A stretch of 63,951 bases of DNA, filler included, from Acidimicrobiia bacterium (GTDB lineage Bacteria; Actinomycetota; Acidimicrobiia; Spongiisociales; CAZKJJ01): the NCBI GenBank assembly GCA_046759765.1. It is 6 parts of 6 records of this genome, joined end to end, with 100 filler letters (N's around TTAATTAATTAA, not from the genome) between each part and the next. Parts side by side here need not be neighbours in the genome. Positions count along the whole stretch, not along the records: positions 1 to 11,986 come from JBHICV010000065.1; positions 12,087 to 23,964 come from JBHICV010000066.1; 4 more parts are not named here. One strand, written 5' to 3'. The notes beneath the pieces were generated by a model. The model had not been told where the DNA came from, did not search any database, and saw only the letters and a list, made by a program, of their open reading frames with translations. Below, one piece after another: positions 9,914 to 19,693 of this stretch. Both the position numbers and the translations under genes were made by a program. How positions within the stretch are numbered: the first letter of the stretch is position 1; every line of letters begins with the position of its first letter.

Positions 9914-11364
9914 GTACCGACCCAGTCGGCGAACCCGTCCCATCCAACTCTTGCCACCTTCTGGCCAGCGGCCTCGAGTGCCTCGGCATCTCCAGCTGCC
10001 TGCGCGGCTACTAACCGACCGAACGTGTGCTCCTGACCCGGTATCGGCAGATCCTCGGTGTGTTCGGCGAGCACCACCAGGGCCCGAAGCCGCTTGGGAC
10101 CTCCCTTGTGGAGTTGTCCCGACGAGTGCAGATATCGAGGACCGAATGCACCGCCGGTCGCGACACCGTGTTCGGTTCCGAGTCGCAGGCGCGCCTGGGC
10201 GATGATCTCCTTGTTTTCACGGGTAACGGGCGCGAACGCCAAGATGGCGGCGTAGGAGGGTGGTGCGAGGCCGGAGAACAGCTCGTCGGGGTCATCGTCC
10301 GGCCAAGGAGGCGGTGCGGACTGTTCGAGGGCAGCTCGGGCCGCTCGCTTGGCCGCCTCGACATCGGGCTGATCGAAGGGGTTGATGCCTAAACCGAGCC
10401 CGGCGGCGGCCGTGGCGAACTCCCAGTGGTATATCTCCGCCCCCAGCTCTTCCGGTGACCTCAGCTGGCGATGAACTGCTGCACTGGCAATCCCCTCGCC
10501 GGCAAGCTGCAGCGTGGCGAACATGCGATCCGGCCCATAGTCGTCCAACGGGGGCTCGGAAACGATGGGCACGATGCCCGTGCCGTGTTTTCCGGTCGAC
10601 TCGGCCAGTAGCTGCTCCACCCAGTCGCCGAACAAATGGATGGTCGGAGACGTGCTGATCGTGAGCTTGTCCCGCCCTTCCGCCACCGCGGTCGCCAGCT
10701 GCGAACCAAGGCTCAAGGCCGGGCTGGCCGGGTCCCTTGTCCTGCCCGCTTCCTCGGCCGAGGAGTCGAGTAAGGCCTGAACGTCGGCACCGACGAGCGC
10801 CGCGGGTAACAGTCCAAAGAGAGAAAGAGCTGAGTAGCGCCCTCCCACGTCCGGAGGGTTTACGAAGAGGGCTCTGAAGCTCTCCTCCCGGGCGAGTGCG
10901 GCGAGTGGAGTCTCAGGATCGGTTATCGCGACGTAGTGACGCCCGTCGGGCACCAGAGCGCGGAAGTGGCGGTAAAGAGCGAGCGTCTCTGCCGTGGTTC
11001 CTGACTTGCTGGCCACACAGAAGAGTGTGTGGTCGAGTTCGACGCTGTTCGTGACTTGGTGCACTTGGTCCGGATGGGTGGAGTCCGCTACGACCAGATC
11101 CGGGTAGTCAGCACTTCTCAGCACAGACGCATACAGCTCCGGAGCGAGGCTCGACCCTCCCATACCAAGCAGCGCAATGGTGCGGAAGCCCTCCGAGGTG
11201 ACCTGTTCGGTGAGCTCCTGCAATCTGGGTAGCTCGGCTCGCATAGTCTTCGGCAGGTCGAGCCAACCCAGCCGGTCGGAGGAGCGATCCTCACCCTTCG
11301 CCCACAGCGAGTCGTCCCGTGCCCAAATGCGTTGGGCCGTATCGGCTGGAATGGAGGCGGTCAC
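9910..11364 (-). CDS. pgi: Glucose-6-phosphate isomerase (Tal-Pgi C-terminal type)
   Basis: LLGMGGSSL, ASKSGTTAET, VGGRYSALS, EQLLAESTGK, NPFDQPDVEAAK, YLHSSGQLHKGG. Confidence 0.88.
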   Translation of the reverse strand: MTASIPADTAQRIWARDDSLWAKGEDRSSDRLGWLDLPKTMRAELPRLQELTEQVTSEGFRTIALLGMGGSSLAPELYASVLRSADYPDLVVADSTHPDQVHQVTNSVELDHTLFCVASKSGTTAETLALYRHFRALVPDGRHYVAITDPETPLAALAREESFRALFVNPPDVGGRYSALSLFGLLPAALVGADVQALLDSSAEEAGRTRDPASPALSLGSQLATAVAEGRDKLTISTSPTIHLFGDWVEQLLAESTGKHGTGIVPIVSEPPLDDYGPDRMFATLQLAGEGIASAAVHRQLRSPEELGAEIYHWEFATAAAGLGLGINPFDQPDVEAAKRAARAALEQSAPPPWPDDDPDELFSGLAPPSYAAILAFAPVTRENKEIIAQARLRLGTEHGVATGGAFGPRYLHSSGQLHKGGPKRLRALVVLAEHTEDLPIPGQEHTFGRLVAAQAAGDAEALEAAGQKVARVGWDGFADWVGT

Positions 11365-11986
11365 GCGCCTTTGGGCAGCCGGCTGCTGTCGATCGCCTCG
11401 ATCAGCTCGTGGAAGGAGTCGGCGAACTTCTCGACACCTTCCCGTTCGAGAGTCGCAGTCACATCGTCGTAGTCGACGCCGACTGCGGCCAGGGCTTCGA
11501 GATCGGCCCGGGCCTGGGCGATCTCCGCTTCACCAAACAGGTCGGGTTCAACGGGCCCATGATCCGCATAGGCCTCCAAGGTGCTGCGCGGCATGGTGTT
11601 TACCGTGTCTGAGGCAGCCAGCGAGTCCACATAGAGGGTGTCGGGATAATCCGGGTTCTTGGTTGACGTGCTAGCCCAGAGCGGACGCTGCAACGCGGCG
11701 CCATCGGCGGCCAGGGCATCCCAGCGCCCTCCCACAAAGACCCGGCGAAACAGCTCGTAGGCGACTCTTGCGTTGGCTACTGCGGTCTTACCTCTCATCT
11801 CCAGTGCCTCGGAGGTTCCGATTGTGGTGAGACGCGGGTCCGTCTCGGTGTCGAATCGCGACACGAAGAACGAGGCGACCGAGTTGACTCTGGAGACGTC
11901 TCCACCGATGCTCTGCAGCTTCTCCAGCCCGCTGAGGTATGCCTCCATCACCCGCTGGTAGCGATCGAGCGAAAAGATGAGCGTTA
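11361..11986 (-). CDS. tal: Transaldolase, 5'-truncated by contig end
   Basis: SVASFFVSRFDT, QRPLWASTSTKNPDYPDTLYV, TVNTMP; frame stays open to the gap. Confidence 0.93.
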
Positions 11987-12086
11987 NNNNNNNNNNNNNN
12001 NNNNNNNNNNNNNNNNNNNNNNNNNNNNNNTTAATTAATTAANNNNNNNNNNNNNNNNNNNNNNNNNNNNNNNNNNNNNNNNNNNN
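11987..12086. other. Artificial contig linker
   Basis: 44 N + TTAATTAATTAA (stop in all six frames) + 44 N. Confidence 0.99.
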
Positions 12087-12135
12087 ACGCGTTCGAGTGT
12101 CACCCTTCTGCTGCATTCTCGCGCCGGTCATCGGC

Positions 12136-12176
12136 AAAAGAAGCGAGGGAGCCGGGCCGAGGTCCGACTCCCTCAC
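12136..12176 (-). terminator. Intrinsic terminator / stabilising hairpin after the SBP gene
   Basis: Minus strand GAGGGAGTCGG...CCGGCTCCCTC stem followed by GCTTCTTTT. Confidence 0.6.
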
Positions 12177-12183
12177 GTTTCTG

Positions 12184-13503
12184 TTACCACTCTGCCTTCG
12201 GGTACACGAGGTCGACCGTGCCTTCGAACTCGCCCACGGGGAACACGAACTCGAGATCTTCGTCCTGCCACTGCGTCAGGAGGTAGTCCCGATCGATGGG
12301 AAGCCCCCGGGAGTCCCAGTGGAAGTCGCCGAGTACGGTCTTGACCGGATCGCCGGCCGTCCGTCCCCTCAGCCAAGTGGCCATGGCGGCATTGTCGGTG
12401 CTGCCCGCGCCCCGGATCGCCTGCTCCATGCCCTGGCACACGGCGAACGGAATCGCCTCGTCCTCATCGGGCGGCCGACCGTGAACCGCTTCGAAGTCGG
12501 CAATGAAGTCCGAGTTGCTGTAGGGCTCTCCCGCCAGCTCACCCTGGAAGTTGACGAGGGGGTGCCAAACGGTGTGAATGGCAATGTGCTGGGTGGGATC
12601 CCCGAGCTCATTCAGGAACTCGATCTGCGCACCCTGGGACATGTATATGTAGGTCGGCTGATGGTCGACCTGCTGCAACGCCTGAACCAGCGAGATCGCT
12701 TCGTCGACGGAAGCCGTCGCGGCGAACACGGTCTCCGCCCCACTTCCCTTGATCGAGTTGGCGAAAGTCGTCCAGTCGGTGAACCCCACGGGCCACTGCT
12801 CGTCGAAGACGATCTCGATTCCTGCCTCCGCCAGGAATCCGGGCGAGAGGTCGGCGAGAACATCTCCGGTGGCTGGATCATTGACCGTCCCGCCTGCCAG
12901 CCCGTTCCGGATGGCAGCAGCGAAGAAGTCGTCGGCGTATACGACCGCGGCCGTCGCCGGGTAGTCCTCATCGGAGATGAGTCCCTGTTGGTTGTAGTAG
13001 TTCAGCGCGTTTACCGATGCGCTACCGATCCCCTCGGCCGGGCGAGCCTGGAAGTAGAAGAGGTGTGTGAAGCCGCGCTCCCAGATTCGCTGCGCACCTC
13101 CGGATGGAACCGGATACACCATGCCGTTCTGCTCGGCGATGGCCGAGGTGGGCGCCGTAATCAAGCTGGAGAAGGTCCCGAACAGAACGTCGGCCTCGGT
13201 CACGAATCGCTCGTACTGCGAGACCGCGATCTCGGTGTCGGACTGGTTGTCCTCAACCGCGAGCTGGAGCGGGCGACCAAGTACTCCACCCTTTTCATTG
13301 ACCAGGTCGACGCAGAGCTGATACCCATCCCGATGCTTGATCGCCGGGATGGAGAACTCCCCGGTCAGCGGAAGAGATGTGCCGATCACGATCGGCTCGC
13401 CGGTAGGGGCCCCTTCTGTGGTCGCGGTCGTATCCTCGCCGCAAGCGGCTGCGATCAAAGCCAACGCAAACAGCCAGATCACGGGTTTTCGCATAAATCT
13501 CAT
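12184..13503 (-). CDS. LivJ-type (branched-chain amino acid/aromatic family) ABC substrate-binding lipoprotein
   Basis: Lipobox LIAAAC, PIVIGTSLPLTG, VNEKGGVLGRPLQLAVEDNQSD; GAGGAG RBS before ATG 13503. Confidence 0.88.
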   Translation of the reverse strand: MRFMRKPVIWLFALALIAAACGEDTTATTEGAPTGEPIVIGTSLPLTGEFSIPAIKHRDGYQLCVDLVNEKGGVLGRPLQLAVEDNQSDTEIAVSQYERFVTEADVLFGTFSSLITAPTSAIAEQNGMVYPVPSGGAQRIWERGFTHLFYFQARPAEGIGSASVNALNYYNQQGLISDEDYPATAAVVYADDFFAAAIRNGLAGGTVNDPATGDVLADLSPGFLAEAGIEIVFDEQWPVGFTDWTTFANSIKGSGAETVFAATASVDEAISLVQALQQVDHQPTYIYMSQGAQIEFLNELGDPTQHIAIHTVWHPLVNFQGELAGEPYSNSDFIADFEAVHGRPPDEDEAIPFAVCQGMEQAIRGAGSTDNAAMATWLRGRTAGDPVKTVLGDFHWDSRGLPIDRDYLLTQWQDEDLEFVFPVGEFEGTVDLVYPKAEW

Positions 13504-13696
13504 TGTCAGCTCCTCACGCTCAATGGCCAATCGGAACCAGGTTTGCTGCAAACGATTGGGTCGGTGGCGAGTATATGAATGCTCGCCGAGGCGGGTCAAC
13601 AAGTTGCAGGTGCTCGGAGCTCGCCCCGGTCGCCGTCGATTACGGTCTGGTTATGCCGGATTCGATCTGTGCCGCAGGTGAAAGGCGAGAGCCTCG

Positions 13697-14749
13697 GTGA
13701 AGAAGGTCCGACTGGCATCGATCGGGCTAGGCGCTTGGGCGAAGGTGCTGGCCCGGGCGGCGCAACGCGGCGACGTGATCGAGTTGCGAAACTGTTTCAG
13801 TCGCTCCGAGGAGACCCGTCGGTCCTTCCAAGATGAGTTCGGGATCCCGAGGTCTGCGGCCACGCTGGACGAGCTGCTCGCCGATCCCGAGGTGGAAGGA
13901 GTCATCGTCTCAACCCCCAACGACTCCCATCGCGAGGTCATAACCGCCGCTCTTGACGCTGGGAAGGCGGTCTTCACGGAGAAGCCCGTTACCCATACCT
14001 TGGAGGACGCTTTTGCGGTCAAGCGGGCAGTCGAGGACAGCGACGTTGTCTTCTCGGTCGGACATTCGGCGAGGAGATTGTCAGGTCACCGCGTCATGAA
14101 GGAGTGGGTCGACACCGGACGGCTGGGGCAGGTGTCCCTTGCCGAGGCCAATTTCTCCAACCCCATCGGTCTCCAGCTCTCACCCCAGGCGTGGCGCTGG
14201 TATGAGGACAAGAGCCCGGGTGGCTCATTCATCCAGATGGGGGTGCATCACGCGGATACGCTCCAGTATCTGTTGGGTCGAGTGGTCCGGGTAAGCGCCC
14301 ACGCCCGAAGGCTGTATACCGAAGCCGAGATTCCCGATGCGGTGATGGCAATCTGCGAGTTCGAATCGGGCGGCCTCGGATACATCGGATGCGGCTGGGC
14401 CTCACCCGGTGTCTATCAGCTCCGTTTGCAGGGGACGGAAGCCAACCTGATGTACGACGTCGATCAGACTCGCTGGAGTAGATCCGATGAGATCGACGGA
14501 GCGAGCACGCTTGTCTCTCAGGTCCCGGAGCAGTCGGGACGAACGGAGATTCAGCTGTCCCCGACCGATATGTTCCGAGCCGAGCTGGAGGAGTTCGCCC
14601 TGGCGATCCGGGGAGAGGCCTCGATCGAGGTTGGGATCGACGATGCGATCCGGGCCCTGGCGGTGGTGCAAGCCGCCGTCGCGTCTTCCGCGCGAAATGG
14701 CGCCGCAATTGACATAGAGCCGATGCTCGCAGGAGAACCAGTCCCGTGA
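13697..14749 (+). CDS. Gfo/Idh/MocA family NAD(P)-dependent oxidoreductase
   Basis: IGLGAWA, STPNDSH, VFTEKP, GGSFIQMGVHHAD. Confidence 0.92.
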   Translation: MKKVRLASIGLGAWAKVLARAAQRGDVIELRNCFSRSEETRRSFQDEFGIPRSAATLDELLADPEVEGVIVSTPNDSHREVITAALDAGKAVFTEKPVTHTLEDAFAVKRAVEDSDVVFSVGHSARRLSGHRVMKEWVDTGRLGQVSLAEANFSNPIGLQLSPQAWRWYEDKSPGGSFIQMGVHHADTLQYLLGRVVRVSAHARRLYTEAEIPDAVMAICEFESGGLGYIGCGWASPGVYQLRLQGTEANLMYDVDQTRWSRSDEIDGASTLVSQVPEQSGRTEIQLSPTDMFRAELEEFALAIRGEASIEVGIDDAIRALAVVQAAVASSARNGAAIDIEPMLAGEPVP

Positions 14750-15597
14750 CCGCGTCGCCTCGCTTCTCGTTCAAGGTCTGGCCTCAAGACATTGATTGGG
14801 CTGAGCTCAAGGACGTATGGGTGGAGGAGGACACACACGACAGATACGACGGCGGCTGGCTCTTCGATCACTTCTACCCACCGCGCCCCGGCCAACGCGC
14901 GGCCCTTTTCGAGGCATGGACGCTCCTGGCCTCGCTGGCCGCAGTCACTGAGCGCCTTCGTCTGGGCGTAATGGTCTCGGCCAACACGTTTCGGCATCCC
15001 TCCCTCCTGGCCAAAATGGCCGCGACTGTGGACCAAGTGACGAATGGCCGCCTCGACATCGGGCTCGGCGCGGGCTGGCATGAAGAGGAGCACCGAGCTT
15101 TCGGCATCGAGTTGCCTGGTGCCGAGCAGCTCTGGCGGCGGCTCGACGAGGCCTGCGCGATCATCGATGGGCTGCTGACGCAAGAAGTGTTCTCCTTCGA
15201 CGGGGCTGACTTCCAACTGCACGAAGCGGAGCCGGGTCTCAAGCCGGTGCAAGGGCCGCGGCCGCCGATCGTCATTGGCGGCATCGGGCGCCGGCGAACG
15301 CTTCCGATCGTGGCCAAGTGGGCCGACCACTGGAATTACTTCGGACGCCAGATGACTCCGGAGGACCTCCTCAGCCGTCATGAGCTCCTGAAGAAATTCT
15401 GCACTGACGTTGGCCGCGATCCCGACGAGATCGATGTCTCGGTCCAGCTGCTCTACGCCGATGAACCTTCCGGGCTGGTCTCGGCAGCTGCGGACTATGT
15501 CGAAGCCGGGGCGGACGAGATCCTGGTTAGCTTTCGAACCCCGCTGGCTCCAGGAGCGGTCGAGACATGTGGGTCTGCCCTGGCGAGCCTTCGATGA
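14746..15597 (+). CDS. LLM-class (probably F420-dependent) oxidoreductase
   Basis: WLFDHFYP, EAWTLLASLAAVTERLRLG, RHPSLLAKMAATVDQVTNGRLDIGLGAGW, PPIVIGG. Confidence 0.9.
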   Translation: MTASPRFSFKVWPQDIDWAELKDVWVEEDTHDRYDGGWLFDHFYPPRPGQRAALFEAWTLLASLAAVTERLRLGVMVSANTFRHPSLLAKMAATVDQVTNGRLDIGLGAGWHEEEHRAFGIELPGAEQLWRRLDEACAIIDGLLTQEVFSFDGADFQLHEAEPGLKPVQGPRPPIVIGGIGRRRTLPIVAKWADHWNYFGRQMTPEDLLSRHELLKKFCTDVGRDPDEIDVSVQLLYADEPSGLVSAAADYVEAGADEILVSFRTPLAPGAVETCGSALASLR

Positions 15598-15607
15598 CGG
15601 GCATCTG

Positions 15608-16558
15608 ATGGCGGCTACCCAAGCGCGAGAGCACGGTCACGGGTCGCAAGGAGAAGGGTGGCTGACCGAACACTCAGTCACAACCGAATCCATTGCCGGT
15701 TCCACGGTTCATCTCATACACGTGGAGACGATGGACGGTCTGTACGCGCCTATCGGGCTCCGCAAACCGCCCGGGGAGGGTCCGTTCCCGATTGTCCTGC
15801 TGGCATCTGGTAACGGGGGCGGCGGGATGGCGTGGATTCGTGATGCACTTCTGAACAGCGGTTACATCATGGGCCGACTCCTCGGCGAGGGCTACGCGTG
15901 CGCCTGGCTTCGTTATCGATCCGAAGTGGAGCTCGGATACCACCTGGGAGGAAAGCTCGTACGAGACACCCGACAGGGCCGTGACCTTTTCAACCGGTCA
16001 CCTCTCGAGTACGAGGACGAGATCGCAATCATCGAGTTCGTCAAGACCCTCTCATTTGTCGACCCCGACCGGGTGGCACTCATCGGCATGAGCCACGGAG
16101 GGGAGATGGTGCTGAAGATCACGTCGGAGTATCACGGCGCCGCCGTCGCTGTCGCCAGTGAACCGGCGGCCCACGAGTTCCTGGCCCTCGATCCCGACGA
16201 GACGGCCTTCGTGGACGCCAGCACCCAGCTCCGCAATATCGAGAGTATGCAGATGCGGCAGGTCGAAAAGGTCAGGGAGCGCATCGACACTGAAGTAGCG
16301 GCGGCACGCATAAGCAGCATTGAGACACCGCTCCTGGTCATGGGCCGCGAGTCGGACCATCTTCAGGGAATCTTTCGGGCGACCTACGAGCTGCTGGCGG
16401 AAGCGGGCAAGGACGTCGAGTGGGTCTCGTACGACCACACCCTGCACGGCTATGTCTTCCCGGTCCGCGGAGCCGACGGCGCCTACGAAGTGGATGAGAC
16501 GCAGACAACCGCTATCGAGGGTGTGCTCAGTTACCTCGCTCGGTATCTGACGGCCTAG
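15608..16558 (+). CDS. Alpha/beta hydrolase (S9/DLH-like fold)
   Basis: DPDRVALIGMSHGG nucleophile elbow, LVMGRESD, C-terminal HGY; start set at ATG 15608. Confidence 0.78.
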   Translation: MAATQAREHGHGSQGEGWLTEHSVTTESIAGSTVHLIHVETMDGLYAPIGLRKPPGEGPFPIVLLASGNGGGGMAWIRDALLNSGYIMGRLLGEGYACAWLRYRSEVELGYHLGGKLVRDTRQGRDLFNRSPLEYEDEIAIIEFVKTLSFVDPDRVALIGMSHGGEMVLKITSEYHGAAVAVASEPAAHEFLALDPDETAFVDASTQLRNIESMQMRQVEKVRERIDTEVAAARISSIETPLLVMGRESDHLQGIFRATYELLAEAGKDVEWVSYDHTLHGYVFPVRGADGAYEVDETQTTAIEGVLSYLARYLTA

Positions 16559-16561
16559 ATC

Positions 16562-17695
16562 TCACGACAGCTTCTCCCGAAGCCAGGCAAACGAGGCCGG
16601 AGCCCACTCGTCGAAGTACTTGAAGGCACAGTGTCCAGCGTCGGGGTAGACCCGCGCCTCGCGGCCGGTGACCGGGCCGTTCTCGAGCATGAAGTAGATG
16701 TTGCCGATGGGCGCGAGATGGTCGAGCTTGCCGTTGATCATCAACAGCGGCTGGGTGATGTAGTCGAGGATCCCGAGCTCCGACAGGGCCCAGCGACGAA
16801 ACTTTGACCTCTCGGCCTCGGCCGTGGTGGGAGGGAACGAAGGGGGTCCGTCAGGTTCTCCGAACAGATAGGTAGAGCGACGGTTCTGGGCGGCCACGAA
16901 ATCCTCCAGCTCGTCGTCACCCATCACGTAGCCAAAGGGATGGCCCGCGATGGCGACGACGGCACGAACTGCGTCTGGATAGGTGCCGGCGAGCTGCATG
17001 ACGGAGTACCCGCCCCGGCTGATGCCGAATGCGCCGATACGGCCGGCATCGACCTCGGATCTGCCTGCCAGGTAGTCGATGGCTGCGATCCAGGCCTTCA
17101 CCGACTCCGGTTCGGGGGGAAACGGGTTCTCGCCGGTGCCGGGTCCGTCCATCACCAGCGACGCGAGTCCTTCGGAGAGCGCCATCTCACCTGCCCACCC
17201 GCGATCTTCCTTGAAGACATCCGCTCCGCACATGATGAGGACCGCCGGCGTCTGACCTAAAGCTCTGTGCGAAGCACGGAAATGTGCCCGGATCGTCTCG
17301 CTTTCACATGGAATCTCGACCACCTCGAGCGGCGGGTCGAGGTGGCGGCATGCCTTTCGGTACGCACGGGCACAGTCGGCGCTCACCTCCGCTTTGAGCG
17401 GGGTTATCTCACCCGGGAAGCGCCCGATCGCGTAGTAGGTCTTGGCCTGGAGGAACTCCCGGCGGGCACCCTCAGCGTCGCCCTCGGCTGCGAGCCGGTC
17501 TCCTTCGTTTTCGTGAAAGCTCCCACGCTCCCGCCACACCGGGACCCATATGTCTTGGGTCGTTCCGTCCAGCCGGGAAACAGTCGCCTTGAGCTCGTCG
17601 AGATCGTCGATCATCGAGAGCCACCGGCGGTAGAAGCCACCGTGCGCCACGACGAAGGGGTCCTCGCTGGGCGCGAACCCAAGTTCGATCATCAA
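16562..17695 (-). CDS. Alpha/beta hydrolase of the FrsA / 2,6-dihydroxypseudooxynicotine hydrolase / Ayg1 group
   Basis: Helical N-domain with AKTYYAIGRFP, GADVFKED, DGPGTGE, GISRGG, NGKLD, AGHCA. Confidence 0.8.
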   Translation of the reverse strand: MMIELGFAPSEDPFVVAHGGFYRRWLSMIDDLDELKATVSRLDGTTQDIWVPVWRERGSFHENEGDRLAAEGDAEGARREFLQAKTYYAIGRFPGEITPLKAEVSADCARAYRKACRHLDPPLEVVEIPCESETIRAHFRASHRALGQTPAVLIMCGADVFKEDRGWAGEMALSEGLASLVMDGPGTGENPFPPEPESVKAWIAAIDYLAGRSEVDAGRIGAFGISRGGYSVMQLAGTYPDAVRAVVAIAGHPFGYVMGDDELEDFVAAQNRRSTYLFGEPDGPPSFPPTTAEAERSKFRRWALSELGILDYITQPLLMINGKLDHLAPIGNIYFMLENGPVTGREARVYPDAGHCAFKYFDEWAPASFAWLREKLS

Positions 17696-17840
17696 ATCCG
17701 GGCTCCCTAGTCCGTTCGCTCCGATCCCGTTGACACCCGCCGCAGGCGGTGTTTATGTTATCGCCGCGGCGCGGTACCGAACGGCGGGCTATTCTGCAAT
17801 GGATTGTGCTCACCTGAATCTGGACCGAGGAGGAGGGCCG

Positions 17841-19607
17841 ATGTTCACTACTAACAGTGGAGCTAGTCGATGGCGCCTGATCTGGGTGATGGCGGCGGTA
17901 CTGGCACTATTCGCGGCTGCGTGCACAACCGAAGAGGAGCCCCCGGGCGTCGCCCCGACCCCTGCTGCAACGACTGCCCCGCCGGCGGAAACGGCACCAC
18001 CGACCGAAGAACCGCCGACGGAGGAACCACCCTCCGACGTGAACAATCCGGGAGTCCTCGTTCACGCGGCCGACGATGAACCCACGACTCTCGACCCGGC
18101 CCAGGTGGAGCCAGGGGAGGGCGGGGAGACCGTCATTCTTCAGGTGTATGAAAGGCTTCTCGAGATCTCCGCAACCGGCCCGGAACTGGTTCCGGCGTTG
18201 GCTACCGAAGTGCCAAGCACCGAAAACGGACTGATCTCGGCCGACGGGTTGACGTACACCTTCCCGATCAGAGAAGGAGTGGTGTTTCACGACGGCTCAC
18301 CCCTGACTGCGGACGACGTCAAGTTCTCTTGGGACCGAGTCATGACGATGGATCTTCCCGAAGGAGCGGCGAGCGTGCTGACCGACATCGTGGCCGAGAC
18401 CCGCGTAGTCGATGCCTCCACGTTCGAAGTCACGCTCCTGGAGACGAGCGCCAGCTTCCTCAACGGAGCCGTCGTCGCCATGGTGTCTTCCATCGTCAGC
18501 CAGGAAGCAGTCGAAGCCAACGGAGGCGTGACCGCGGGCGAGCCGAATGAGTTCATGGCCACGAACATGGTCGGAACCGGTCCGTACAAGTTCAACGCCT
18601 GGAACCGCAACGAGAACCTGATTCTCGACATCAACGACACCTACTGGGGCACTCCGGCCAACCTGGCTGTTCGCATCGAGATCGGTTCCGACCCGGATGT
18701 GCGCGTGCTGGGGCTACGGGCGGGCGACTTCGATACGATCGAGACGGACCCTTCGTTCATCGCCGACATTGAAGGTGCCGAAGGCGTCGCGATCTTCAGC
18801 GGAGGGCTCCTCCTGGAGCCGATCCACATCGGTTTCAACCTCAACATTCCTGAAGGAGTCCTGCCCCCCGAGGACACGATCGCCACCGATTTCTTCCACG
18901 ATCCGAGGGTTCGTCAGGCGTTCAATTACGCCTTCGACTACTCGGCGTTCCTCCTCGGACCGCTGGCTGGTTTCGGTGACTTCAACCCTCATTACATTCC
19001 CATTGGGATCTTTGGGTATGACCCCACCGCTCCGGTGTACGCCGAGCAGGATCTAGCGAAAGCGGAGGAGTTGTTCCGGGCGGCTGGATATTGGGATGAA
19101 GGCTTCACGGTATCCGTGATCACAGAAGAGCAGAACCTGTTCGCGGACGCGGCTCTCGTCCTCAAGGACTCGATGGCGGAACTGAACCCGAGCTTCGTTA
19201 TCAACGTTCTCGCGGTTGCCGAAGCGGTGTTCGACGATGCTCACGCCCAGAACCCGGTCGAGTACGCGATGTGGGTCAAGAACGCCGACCCGTTCGCGGA
19301 TCCCCACCCGTATCTGCAGTCGTATCAGCATCCGGACGGCGAGTGGGGTGAGGTGCACGGATTCGCCAACGGGTATCAGGACCCGGCGAAGATCGCCGAG
19401 CTGATCGACGCCGGCGCAGTGGAGCTCGACGCGGCCCGCAGAGCCGAGATCTACGCGGAGCTACAGCCACTGCTGTTCGAGGACCCGATGTGGCTGATCG
19501 CCGCTCAGGAGGGTGTGCTGATGGCGTACCGCGACTGGCTGGATGGGTTCGTGATGCAGCCGTTGTGGCCCCGACCGAGCTTGAAGTTCCAGTTCTTCGA
19601 CAAGTAA
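17841..19607 (+). CDS. Dpp/Opp family 5 ABC substrate-binding lipoprotein
   Basis: Lipobox LFAAAC, P/T/E linker, PTTLDPA, YTFPIREGVVFHDGSPLTADDVKFS, GTGPYK; GAGGAGG RBS. Confidence 0.93.
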   Translation: MFTTNSGASRWRLIWVMAAVLALFAAACTTEEEPPGVAPTPAATTAPPAETAPPTEEPPTEEPPSDVNNPGVLVHAADDEPTTLDPAQVEPGEGGETVILQVYERLLEISATGPELVPALATEVPSTENGLISADGLTYTFPIREGVVFHDGSPLTADDVKFSWDRVMTMDLPEGAASVLTDIVAETRVVDASTFEVTLLETSASFLNGAVVAMVSSIVSQEAVEANGGVTAGEPNEFMATNMVGTGPYKFNAWNRNENLILDINDTYWGTPANLAVRIEIGSDPDVRVLGLRAGDFDTIETDPSFIADIEGAEGVAIFSGGLLLEPIHIGFNLNIPEGVLPPEDTIATDFFHDPRVRQAFNYAFDYSAFLLGPLAGFGDFNPHYIPIGIFGYDPTAPVYAEQDLAKAEELFRAAGYWDEGFTVSVITEEQNLFADAALVLKDSMAELNPSFVINVLAVAEAVFDDAHAQNPVEYAMWVKNADPFADPHPYLQSYQHPDGEWGEVHGFANGYQDPAKIAELIDAGAVELDAARRAEIYAELQPLLFEDPMWLIAAQEGVLMAYRDWLDGFVMQPLWPRPSLKFQFFDK

Positions 19608-19610
19608 AGG

Positions 19611-19680
19611 CGCGCCGGGCCAGACACACGCTCTGCCCCGGCGCGGCAAGGGAGGGCACCGCTGTGCCTGACCGCGCCGG
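19611..19680 (+). promoter_or_regulatory. Intercistronic alternative hairpins between SBP and permease
   Basis: CGCGCCGGG(19611-19)/CCCGGCGCG(19637-45) competes with CCGGCGCGG(19638-46)/CCGCGCCGG(19672-80). Confidence 0.45.
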
Positions 19681-19693
19681 ATAACCTCTCCTT

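Noticed and set aside
12097..13578. 493-aa plus-strand ORF and many other long antisense or overlapping ORFs
   Set aside because: Shadow frames of well-supported genes, expected in high-GC DNA; no recognisable motifs.
17940..18040. Repetitive PPTEEPPTEEPP / APTPAATT coding stretch (also the Pro-rich CheA linker)
   Set aside because: Ordinary low-complexity linkers, not a nucleotide repeat array or CRISPR.
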